DNA of 64,000 bases. Source: Alphaproteobacteria bacterium (GTDB lineage Bacteria; Pseudomonadota; Alphaproteobacteria; Bin95). Positions within the stretch are counted from its first letter, which is position 1. Each line of letters opens with the position of its first letter. Below, piece after piece: positions 51,910 to 59,846 of this stretch. A program made the position numbers and the translations under genes. Under the pieces are notes generated by a model, which saw nothing but the letters and a program-made list of their open reading frames with translations, was not told the origin of the DNA and did no database searches. The DNA is taken from assembly GCA_964291285.2 (NCBI GenBank), contig OZ219787.1, positions 1,280,001 to 1,344,000 of the forward strand, in the 5' to 3' direction.

Positions 51910-53079
51910 TCAGATCGCCAGGTCCTTCGTGTTGTAGTCGCGGATCACCCGTTCGAAGGTCTCGTCATTATAGCGGAACTCGTCCTCCAGCCCGTCGAAG
52001 GGCCGGTAGCGGAAGGGCGACTCGTCGGGGAAGCGCTGCCGCCGCGCGTCGATCGCGACCTGGATGACGGCGGAGCGTTCGAAGATGCGCTGCTCGTCAT
52101 AGACCTCGTCGGCCTTCATGCTGAGCTTGCCCTTCTGGCCCAGCACCGAGCGGCGGCGGTGGAAGCCCATGGTGATCGAGATGCGCTTGTCGGGCGATGT
52201 GTTGGCGAAGGAGCCGTGCAGCATCTGGCGGTTGACGGCGGTCACGTCGCCCGGCTCGCAGATGAGCGGCACGGCGTCCGGGAACTTCTCGTCGCCGCCG
52301 TTCTCCCTGACCCGGCCCGGAATGTCGATCCGCCCTCCCTTGTGAGTGCCGGGCACGACCCAGAGGCAGTTGGCGGGCGTCGTCGGGTAGAGTTGCACCT
52401 GGAAGTTGAAGCCGTGGCTGCCCTCGTCCCAGTCGGGCGAGTCCCAGTGGGTCACGCCGTCCTGGTGCCAGGCGACGGAGCCGCCGACGCCGGCCTGCTT
52501 GACGAAGATGGCGTCGTTGTAGGGCACGAAATCCGTCCCGTTGATCGCCTCCGCCACCGCCAGCAGGTGCGGATGGGCATAGACGCGCAGCGCCGCCGGC
52601 ATCGCCTGGCACATGCCGTACATCAGGAAGACCACATAGTCGGGCGCATCGGTGTCGGGTTGCGGCTGGGTCATCCGGTGGGGGTGGCGGCCGTTCAGCT
52701 TGTCGGTGCCGCCCCAGGGGTCGGAGAGCGGCTTCACCAGCGTGTAGGGCTCGCGGGCATAGTCCCGGCCGAGCGCGGGGCGGCCGTGCGCATCCAGATC
52801 GGCGCCGGGACGGACCGGCGCGCGCTTGATCATCATGTCGGCGTCGGCGCGCAACTCGTCCAGTTCCGCTTCGCCGATCACGCCCTCGAAGACATAGAAA
52901 CCGTGCTTCCAGTAGGCGTCGAGTATGTCGGGATGAAGCCCGCCGTCCGGGCCGAAGCGCACCGGTCCGCGGTTTGCGAGGCTGCGGGCGCGTTCCTCGC
53001 CGGCGCTGAGATAGGCCGCTATGCGCGCGGCATGTTCGGCCCTGGTCGGTTCCGTGTCGGGGGTCGAAACATGGTTCAT
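51910..53079 (-). CDS. PhyH family Fe/2OG dioxygenase
   Basis: HGFYV, WHQDG, LWVVPGTH, PGDV, LHGS..N. Confidence 0.85.
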   Translation of the reverse strand: MNHVSTPDTEPTRAEHAARIAAYLSAGEERARSLANRGPVRFGPDGGLHPDILDAYWKHGFYVFEGVIGEAELDELRADADMMIKRAPVRPGADLDAHGRPALGRDYAREPYTLVKPLSDPWGGTDKLNGRHPHRMTQPQPDTDAPDYVVFLMYGMCQAMPAALRVYAHPHLLAVAEAINGTDFVPYNDAIFVKQAGVGGSVAWHQDGVTHWDSPDWDEGSHGFNFQVQLYPTTPANCLWVVPGTHKGGRIDIPGRVRENGGDEKFPDAVPLICEPGDVTAVNRQMLHGSFANTSPDKRISITMGFHRRRSVLGQKGKLSMKADEVYDEQRIFERSAVIQVAIDARRQRFPDESPFRYRPFDGLEDEFRYNDETFERVIRDYNTKDLAI

Positions 53080-53161
53080 CGCGTGTCTCCGGCTGCGGCC
53101 CTCCGGGGTGAAATCCTATGCAAGGGCCTGTTCGGTGGCAACCGGAGCGGGGGCGGCGGCT

Positions 53162-54268
53162 TCAGGCCCGGCCGTCCAGCACCCCGCAATGCTGCGAGAA
53201 GGCCGGCAGGACATCCCCGGCGAGGCCGCGCATGGAGGCGCGGCAGAGGTCCGGGTCCTCCCAGTCGTGCATGCCGATCAGCAGGGTGCCGAAGGGGCCG
53301 ATCTCCTCGCGCAGCGCCACCAGCCGGTCGAGCACCGTCTTCGCCGTGCCGCAGATCGGGATTTCCGCGACCGCCTGCTCCACGTCGAGCAATTCGTTCA
53401 GCGCTTCGGCGGGCGCATCGGCGATGGCCTTGACCTCCGGCAGGCGCCGCAGGCTGCGCAGGTAGCGGAAGTAGAAGTGGAAGAGCCCGTCCGGGTCGCC
53501 GAGAATGTCGTCCGCTCGGGCCTCGCTTTCCGTCACCAGCAGGTTGCGCGCCACCCGCCAGACCGACGGGTCCGCCGGCCGGCCCGCCTTCTCCGCCGCC
53601 TCGGCGTAGAGCGGCCAGTGGGTCGCCACGTCGCGCGAGGGGATGAAATTGGCCGAGATCGGGATCCAGCCGCGCCCGCCGCAGACGCCGGCCGAGCCCG
53701 AATTGGCCGAGACCATCGCCATGGCGATAGGCGGGTGCGGGTCCTGGTAGGGCTTGGCGATCAGCCCGACGCCGTGGCGCGGATAGACCGCCTCGTCGAT
53801 GGCGATGTCCCACCACGGGTTGTCGAAGCGGTAGGGCGGCTCGCCGCGCCAGAGCTCCAGCACGATGTCGATGGCGGCGAGCATCATGCGCTGGCGCTCC
53901 GCCGGGTCGTGATGCCCGTACATCTCGGCGTCGCTGACGAGCCCGCCCGGCCCGATCCCGAACAGGAACCGTCCTTCGCTGAGATTGTCAAACAGAGCGA
54001 CATGGCTCGCGACCGTGACCGGATGGTGGTGGGGGACGTTGATGACGCCGGTGCCAAAGCGGATCGAGCGCGTCTCGCGGATGAGCGTCGCGAGGAAGAT
54101 CAGCGGCGAGGTGATCTGCTCGACCTTGGAGGTGAAATGCTCGCCGATCCAGGCCTCCGAATAGCCGAGCCGGTCCGCCAGCAGGATCGCCTCGCGGTCC
54201 TCTTCCAACGTCTGCAGGAACGGCTTTTCGGGTCGATGCAGGGGCATCGAGAACAGGCCGAGCTTCAT
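53162..54268 (-). CDS. LLM-class flavin-dependent monooxygenase
   Basis: MPLH, LGYSEAWIGEH, FGTGV, GRF.FGIGPGGL.SDAE, KPYQ.PHPP. Confidence 0.88.
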   Translation of the reverse strand: MKLGLFSMPLHRPEKPFLQTLEEDREAILLADRLGYSEAWIGEHFTSKVEQITSPLIFLATLIRETRSIRFGTGVINVPHHHPVTVASHVALFDNLSEGRFLFGIGPGGLVSDAEMYGHHDPAERQRMMLAAIDIVLELWRGEPPYRFDNPWWDIAIDEAVYPRHGVGLIAKPYQDPHPPIAMAMVSANSGSAGVCGGRGWIPISANFIPSRDVATHWPLYAEAAEKAGRPADPSVWRVARNLLVTESEARADDILGDPDGLFHFYFRYLRSLRRLPEVKAIADAPAEALNELLDVEQAVAEIPICGTAKTVLDRLVALREEIGPFGTLLIGMHDWEDPDLCRASMRGLAGDVLPAFSQHCGVLDGRA

Positions 54269-54320
54269 ACCGCGCTTCCTCTCCGGCGCCGGGACGGGGG
54301 CAGGCTATAGCACCTCCGCC

Positions 54321-55361
54321 TCAGGGGGAATCGCCGCCGCGCGCCTCGCGCCCGAGCGCGGCCAGGCGGATGGCGTGGACCCTGCCGGCGACGCTCTCCG
54401 AGGCCTTCATGTCGGCGATCAGCGCCTCGCGCGCCGGGTCGCCGGGCAGGTCCAGCGCCTCGTAGGCGGCGAGGAAATCGCGCTGCTGCTGCTTCGCCGC
54501 CAGCAGCCGGGCATCGTCCCTGCCGGGGAAAGCGGCCAGCGCCTCGAAGGACACCAGCCGGGCCGCCAGTCCGCCGACCGCCTCGTCCCCGAGCCCGGCG
54601 TCGGCCGCATCGTCGAGCAGCGCCTCCATCGCGCCCCGCTGCGAGCCGAGCTTCAGCAGGTCCTCGACATTGCGCAGCGGCCGGGCGAACGCGCTCCATA
54701 TGTCGGCGTCCGGGCCGAGCTCCGCCGAAGCGGGCAGGCGGACATCGCGGAGGTCGAGGCCGCAATGGCCCGTCGGCCGCAGGAATTCGACGGCGCCCGC
54801 CTCCGTGCGCGCAAGGCCGGGTGCGTCCGCCGGCACCAGGAAGGCGCCGAACCGCTTGCGCCCGGCGCTCTCGCCCTTGACCGCCACCACGATGAAGAGG
54901 CCGGCGGAGGGGCCGTTGGTGATCCAGGCCTTCTCGCCGTCGAGCCGCCAGCCGCCGTTCGGCAGCCTCTCCGCACGCGCCTGCAGATATTTCGGATGCG
55001 CCCCGGCGCCGGGCTCCGAGATCGCCGTCGCCAGCGTGGTCTCGCCTCGCGCCAGGCGCGGCAGCCATGCGCGTTTCTGCGCCTCGTCGCCGAGGCGGGC
55101 GAGCGCGAACAGGCAGAGCGTGCAATGCACCTTCCAGGCGAGCATGGCGCCGAGGCTGCGGCCGTGGCGCACCATGTCCCGGCAATCCTCCGCAAGTCCT
55201 TCGAGGTCCCGGCCTTGGCCGCCATATTCCTCGGGAACGGTGAGGCCGAGCAGGCCCGCTTCGGCGAGGCCCCGCCAGAGGTCCGCCGGATAGTCCGCGC
55301 GGGAGCGCAGGTCGCCGCGGCCGCGGATCAGGCGGGCGGCCGCCGCTGCGACATCGCTCAC
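54321..55361 (-). CDS. Acyl-CoA dehydrogenase family protein (short, divergent C-terminus)
   Basis: GLLGL.VPEEYGG, QK..WLP, AISEP.AG, L.GEKAWITNG; GTG start overlaps the cupin stop. Confidence 0.8.
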   Translation of the reverse strand: MSDVAAAAARLIRGRGDLRSRADYPADLWRGLAEAGLLGLTVPEEYGGQGRDLEGLAEDCRDMVRHGRSLGAMLAWKVHCTLCLFALARLGDEAQKRAWLPRLARGETTLATAISEPGAGAHPKYLQARAERLPNGGWRLDGEKAWITNGPSAGLFIVVAVKGESAGRKRFGAFLVPADAPGLARTEAGAVEFLRPTGHCGLDLRDVRLPASAELGPDADIWSAFARPLRNVEDLLKLGSQRGAMEALLDDAADAGLGDEAVGGLAARLVSFEALAAFPGRDDARLLAAKQQQRDFLAAYEALDLPGDPAREALIADMKASESVAGRVHAIRLAALGREARGGDSP

Positions 55362-55777
55362 AGGCGGTGGATCGGGTAGCCGTGCTCGTCCGAGGCGCCG
55401 TCGCGGTAGGTCACGATCCGCTTCGGGCTGAGGTGGATGCCCATGAGCCGCATCGGCTTCTCGCCCACGGCGGCGAAGTTGTGCCGGCGCTCCGGGGGCA
55501 GGGCCACGGTGTCGCCGGCTTCGAGGCGGGTGCGCTCGTCCTCCGCGCCCTCCAGCCAGACATCGCAGCTGCCTTCGAGGATGTGCAGGATTTCCACATA
55601 GGGATGCGCGTGCAGCCCCGGCTCGTAGCCGGGCTCGGCCGTCTGGATACCTACCCGGATGGGGAAGCCGGCCTCCTCGCCGAGCAGGATCGGGTTGTAG
55701 AAGGAATCGGCCGCGAACGGCACGGTGTCCGTCTCGGAAAGACGGACGATCTTCGCTTCGGTCATGGTCTCGGACAT
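55358..55777 (-). CDS. Cupin domain protein
   Basis: H.HPY.EILHILEG, L.AGD....P....H.F. Confidence 0.82.
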   Translation of the reverse strand: MSETMTEAKIVRLSETDTVPFAADSFYNPILLGEEAGFPIRVGIQTAEPGYEPGLHAHPYVEILHILEGSCDVWLEGAEDERTRLEAGDTVALPPERRHNFAAVGEKPMRLMGIHLSPKRIVTYRDGASDEHGYPIHRL

Positions 55778-55873
55778 GGGGCGCATCCTCCTCGGGCGCC
55801 ATTCTCGCAAAAGCCCCGCCCGGCGTCGAGGCGCCGCGGCCCGGCGACGGACTCAGTTTTTTTCCTAAAAACC

Positions 55874-55903
55874 TTGACATTAGGGAACAAAGCACGATAT
55901 AGG
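55874..55903 (+). promoter_or_regulatory. Sigma70-like promoter facing the 70-bp repeats
   Basis: TTGACA-17/18 nt-(A)TATAG in an AT-rich patch. Confidence 0.5.
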
Positions 55904-56068
55904 ACCCGGAGCGGCGGGAGCCGGAAGGAACGGGACGCATGACTATCGCGGAGAAGTTTCCCTGACGCGCCGCCGCAGTGCGGCGATGGGATGGATCGTT
56001 GTGAAGCGCCGCCCCGGCGGCCAACAGGCGAGGTGCGCGCCGAATCCGGAAAACCGGTTTTGGCAATC

Positions 56069-56278
56069 CGATCAGCTTGCCGGCGAATCGCCGCCCCGGG
56101 AGGCCCCGGCGACCCCGCCCGGAGCCGGGCGGATTTTCGATCGGGTTGCCGAGGGGCCGCCGCCCCGGGAGGTCCTGGCGGTCCCGTCCGCCTCCGGGTC
56201 GGCATTTCGATCAGGTTGCCGGCGGGCCGCCGTCCTGGGAGGCGCCGGTTGTCCGGGCCCGCTTCCGGTTCGGTATCT
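56069..56278. repeat. Three degenerate tandem repeats of 69-70 bp
   Basis: Core CGATCRGSTTGCCG..CGCCGYCCYGGGAGG at 56069, 56138 and 56208. Confidence 0.75.
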
Positions 56279-56636
56279 TCCATTTGCGGTGCCTCCAGCG
56301 CCTGAAGCCGTGGCGCCTGAGGAAGCGGTAGATGGCGCCGTAGCTGAACACCAGGCCGCGCGCATCGAGGGCCGCGCGCAGCCCTTCGACGGAAAGGCCC
56401 GGATTTTCCGCCAGCAGGCTGAGGACGGTGTCGCGTTCGGCCTCGATTCGCGCGGAGCGGCGGTCGCCGCCCGCCGGCTTCGGCCGCGTGTCGCCCTGTT
56501 GGCGTTCGAGCGCCCGCCATCGCGTGATGGTGTCCTTGCCCACATGGAACCGCGCCGCGGCTTCCCGGCGGGTCGCCCCCGCCGCCACCGCTTCGAGAAC
56601 CCGCTTGCGCAGGTCGGGGGAATAGGCTTTCGGCAT
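56211..56636 (-). CDS. Stand-alone IS630-type HTH protein (no DDE domain)
   Basis: MPKAYSPDLRKRV, REAAARF.V...RW, GGDRRS..IE, I.RFL.RHG; RBS GGAGGAGG; no orfB follows. Confidence 0.75.
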   Translation of the reverse strand: MPKAYSPDLRKRVLEAVAAGATRREAAARFHVGKDTITRWRALERQQGDTRPKPAGGDRRSARIEAERDTVLSLLAENPGLSVEGLRAALDARGLVFSYGAIYRFLRRHGFRRWRHRKWKIPNRKRARTTGASQDGGPPAT

Positions 56637-56661
56637 CTTCGCGCCTCCTCCATGCCGGAGG

Positions 56662-56695
56662 GAACAAATTAGAACAAAATGAGAATAAGGTAAAG
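56662..56695 (-). promoter_or_regulatory. Putative alphaproteobacterial LexA box overlapping a promoter
   Basis: Minus strand TTTACC-ttATTCtcattttGTTC-TAATTT; ATTC-N7-GTTC plus a further GTTC. Confidence 0.55.
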
Positions 56696-56885
56696 CCCCC
56701 GCCCGCCGCCCGGTGGGACCGAAGACCGGGTCGACCCCCGCATGGGGCGGATGGAGGTCCGGATGGACGGGATCGAAGGCCGGTTCGACGGCAGTGCACC
56801 GACGTTCACGCCGGACCGGTGGACGGAGCATGTCATTCCGGTAAACTAATATATGAGCCCTCGGATATCGGCGAGGAGGCATTTC

Positions 56886-57179
56886 ATGCACAACATCCGA
56901 ATTTCATTGATCGCTGTCGCACTGTTGTTTGCAGTGACGCCTGACGATGCCTCGGCCAGTTCTGACCAGTATTGTGAAGACCAGTGGCTTCTCAGTCCGG
57001 CCTCCGATTCATGCACCACAGACCTCAGCGTCACGTGGAGGTCCGACACCGAGGAATGCAGTGTCAGCGTGAAGTGTACGGAAAACGACGGCGGCCTCAG
57101 AAACAACTACCGCACCGTCAAGCCGCAACATCTTCCGAATTTCGAAAACTGCGACGGGCTCCTGGTTTGGGTGTGCTGA
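56886..57179 (+). CDS. Small secreted Cys-rich protein, CVNH/cyanovirin-like
   Basis: RBS GAGGAGG, signal peptide, 6 Cys, SC...V.C..NDG...NCDGLLVW. Confidence 0.6.
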   Translation: MHNIRISLIAVALLFAVTPDDASASSDQYCEDQWLLSPASDSCTTDLSVTWRSDTEECSVSVKCTENDGGLRNNYRTVKPQHLPNFENCDGLLVWVC

Positions 57180-57389
57180 CGCAGGCGACCGACGCCCCGT
57201 CATGCGCCCTTGCCCCGTCCGGAGGAGCGGCCGCGTCATGACGCCGTGCAGGGGAATGGCGCCGCTGCCGTAGGAAGCGCCGCCCTTCGATACGCCGCCG
57301 CGGCGGCGCGCAGCGCTATGCATCCGATACGGGCTGCCGGCCCCGGTCCGGCGGGTCTGCTCGCCTCGGCGGAGCGGGCGGTCTCGGCC

Positions 57390-58448
57390 TCAGAGAAGCG
57401 AATACGCCTTGAGGATGCGGTAGGTCGCCTGACCGTCGATCAGGCAGTATTTCCTTTGCGAGCCGCCGGGCTGGACCGTCAATGTCCGAAGCGTTCTTCT
57501 GACTACCGGGCCGATCTGGTGAGAGTGCTGGACCACCGATATGTCGGCGCCGGTGTCCACCATGCGGTGAATCTGGTCGGCCCGCTTGCCGCACATCTCC
57601 AGGGTCATTTCCCGGAATTGCGTAGGCCCCTTCAACAGAAAGGCGGCGGTCCGGCGTCGTCCGCGCACCTCAACATTTCCCGAAAAGTGATCGTCGGACT
57701 CGCCGCCCCAGTCTTTCTTCGGCAGTTCCAGCAACCGGCCTGCGATTGCTTCCTTGACCTTCGACTCCGGTAAATTCTTCATTGCATTCTTCCATTCATT
57801 GGTGCTTTCAATTTCCACATCGCGCATTCTCGAGAACTGATCTATATCTTCTGGAAAAATCTCCCCGAATTCTCCGCCGAAGAACATAAGAAATCTTCCA
57901 TCTCCATCGTTTTTCCAATGGTCCAAGCTTGGCTGCCCTATTACCATCGGTTCAATTTCAAAACGATCCGTCTTGTCATGCAATATGCCAACGATTGAGT
58001 GAATACGGGCCTCACTTGTGCCTTCATGGAGGGTCATTTTTCCGGTGTCGCTGACAAGGTGGTTGGTATGATATGAGATGACTACAGGCTTCCCGAAATC
58101 GAGGTCAAGTTCTACGGCATGACAGACGCGAGCCGCGTCGTAGATATCCAGGCAAGGCGCGAGGCGTTCCGTGCTGCGGAACAAATGGCGCGGCTTGCCG
58201 AGTGTCAGGGCTTTGAGCAAAGTGGGGATAGCGTTGGCCTCCAGACAATCGAGAAGCAGAGTCACAAGAAGGTGGTCGTTGCTGAGCGCCGTCATATGGT
58301 CGGTGCCCGGCTTCTGGCGCTCCAAAAAAATCCGGCGAGCTTCGGGCACAAGGGCGCTTATACATAGACGCCTGTTCAGAAAGCCCATGTCGATATGATG
58401 GAATTCGTCTTTCGTGCGAAGGTCTTCGGGAACGTCGTAAGCTGACAT
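57390..58448 (-). CDS. Hypothetical protein with putative restriction-endonuclease-like C-terminal domain
   Basis: Lower GC; DWGGE.DD.F...AAFLLKGP...DQI.R...VVQH; directly downstream of the specificity subunit gene. Confidence 0.65.
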   Translation of the reverse strand: MSAYDVPEDLRTKDEFHHIDMGFLNRRLCISALVPEARRIFLERQKPGTDHMTALSNDHLLVTLLLDCLEANAIPTLLKALTLGKPRHLFRSTERLAPCLDIYDAARVCHAVELDLDFGKPVVISYHTNHLVSDTGKMTLHEGTSEARIHSIVGILHDKTDRFEIEPMVIGQPSLDHWKNDGDGRFLMFFGGEFGEIFPEDIDQFSRMRDVEIESTNEWKNAMKNLPESKVKEAIAGRLLELPKKDWGGESDDHFSGNVEVRGRRRTAAFLLKGPTQFREMTLEMCGKRADQIHRMVDTGADISVVQHSHQIGPVVRRTLRTLTVQPGGSQRKYCLIDGQATYRILKAYSLL

Positions 58449-58460
58449 TCGGATGATCCC

Positions 58461-59846
58461 TCACACGCAGGAGGCAGCGGTGTCAAAGCCGTTCTCGTCC
58501 GCGTATATCGCGGTCTCGAAATCGGCCCAAGCCTTGGTGCGCGTCTTGCCTGCCCGCTCTCTCAGGGCCATCGCGGCGGCACGAGATCCGGAGAGGGCCG
58601 TCACCATGTCGGCCTGTTCATCCTTTGGCGGGAGAGGAAATTTCAGGTCCATCAGAGCCGGCTTCGAGATATTCTTCATGGTCGGCGAGGTTCCGGTCAC
58701 ATTCGCTTCTATCTGGCGGCGAACATCGGAAATGCGCAGGATTTCGGCCAGGAAGGCTAGGCAGATGGGCGTGGGTTTGCGCGGAACAACGCGGAATATC
58801 TTGTCGCAAAGTATAAGTTTCGGACGTGTCTCGCCAACCAGGGCCGTTGCGCCGACAAGCCGGGTGATATTGGCGCGGCTTATCAATACCTCCCCCGACG
58901 CGACTTCGAGGCGCCGGCGCGGTTCGAGGTGCTCAGGCAGCGCCTTGTTTTCGTCGGGGTCGAATATGCCGAAGGAAACCGCGCCGAGTTTCAGGACTCC
59001 CCATTTACCCGGTTCGGCAGGCCGGTTGTGGCATTTCGGGCTCCAGCCGTTTTCCAGGTCGGCGATTACGTCGCCGAGCCGCACGAACGGGTAGTGCGAG
59101 GGAGCGGTTGTGTCACCTTCGACGCTCCGGCGGAGAGCAGCCTCATGGCTCCAGCGGTCGAGGTCCTTGAAGGTGGCGATGAAGGCTGGTCGATCCGGCA
59201 GAGGCTCGGGCGGGGCGAAACCGAGTGCCGCTTCGAACGCCGCCATTGCCCGCCGCTCGGTTTCGTCCGCTTCCCGCTCCAGTTTCGTCGCCCGATCCAG
59301 CGCGGCGCAGTGGGCAGCCACGATGGCGCGCTGGCGATCTAAAGACGGCAGCGGGATAGTGCGGCTTTCGAAGAAGGCGGGCCGAATGCGCCGCTTTGTC
59401 GTGTTGCCGGAAGCCGACCCGCTGAGTTGCGCCAGAAACTCCGGCGTGCGCAGCGCAAGGATCAGATAGCCCGGATCGACCTGTTCGGGATCGGGTGTAT
59501 AGACAGGGTATTCGGGGCTCACCGCTACATGGTCGACTCCGTCGCCGATGATGCAGAAGGAACCCTGCCCCACCCTGATCTTCGAGATAATCAGATCGCC
59601 CGGCAGCGCCTCGAAGAGCGGTCCCTTGTAGCCCCGTTTTTCCGCATCTCCCCGAAGGAACAGTTCACCGCCGAAAGTCACTTTGGCGATGACGTTCAGG
59701 CGTTGAAGAGGGCGGGTTTCCTTGTCGATGGCGGAGACACGGCGCATCAGGATATCGCTGAGCGCGGCGGTCTCGAAAGCATATCGCCGCCCTTGGGTCC
59801 CCGGACCCTCGATCCATGTTCCGAGCGCCCTCCACCGCCGGATCAG
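58461..59846 (-). CDS. R-M specificity subunit (HsdS-like, two TRDs)
   Basis: GDLIISKI, VSPEYP, IPLPSL..Q..IV; second TRD GWSP, GEVLISRAN, TMKNISK, FPLPP..EQ; start uncertain (CTG overlapping the upstream stop). Confidence 0.85.
   Translation of the reverse strand: MIRRWRALGTWIEGPGTQGRRYAFETAALSDILMRRVSAIDKETRPLQRLNVIAKVTFGGELFLRGDAEKRGYKGPLFEALPGDLIISKIRVGQGSFCIIGDGVDHVAVSPEYPVYTPDPEQVDPGYLILALRTPEFLAQLSGSASGNTTKRRIRPAFFESRTIPLPSLDRQRAIVAAHCAALDRATKLEREADETERRAMAAFEAALGFAPPEPLPDRPAFIATFKDLDRWSHEAALRRSVEGDTTAPSHYPFVRLGDVIADLENGWSPKCHNRPAEPGKWGVLKLGAVSFGIFDPDENKALPEHLEPRRRLEVASGEVLISRANITRLVGATALVGETRPKLILCDKIFRVVPRKPTPICLAFLAEILRISDVRRQIEANVTGTSPTMKNISKPALMDLKFPLPPKDEQADMVTALSGSRAAAMALRERAGKTRTKAWADFETAIYADENGFDTAASCV

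Noticed and set aside
56069-56278. 70-bp repeats as CRISPR
   Set aside because: Units are degenerate along their whole length, with no unique spacers and no cas genes
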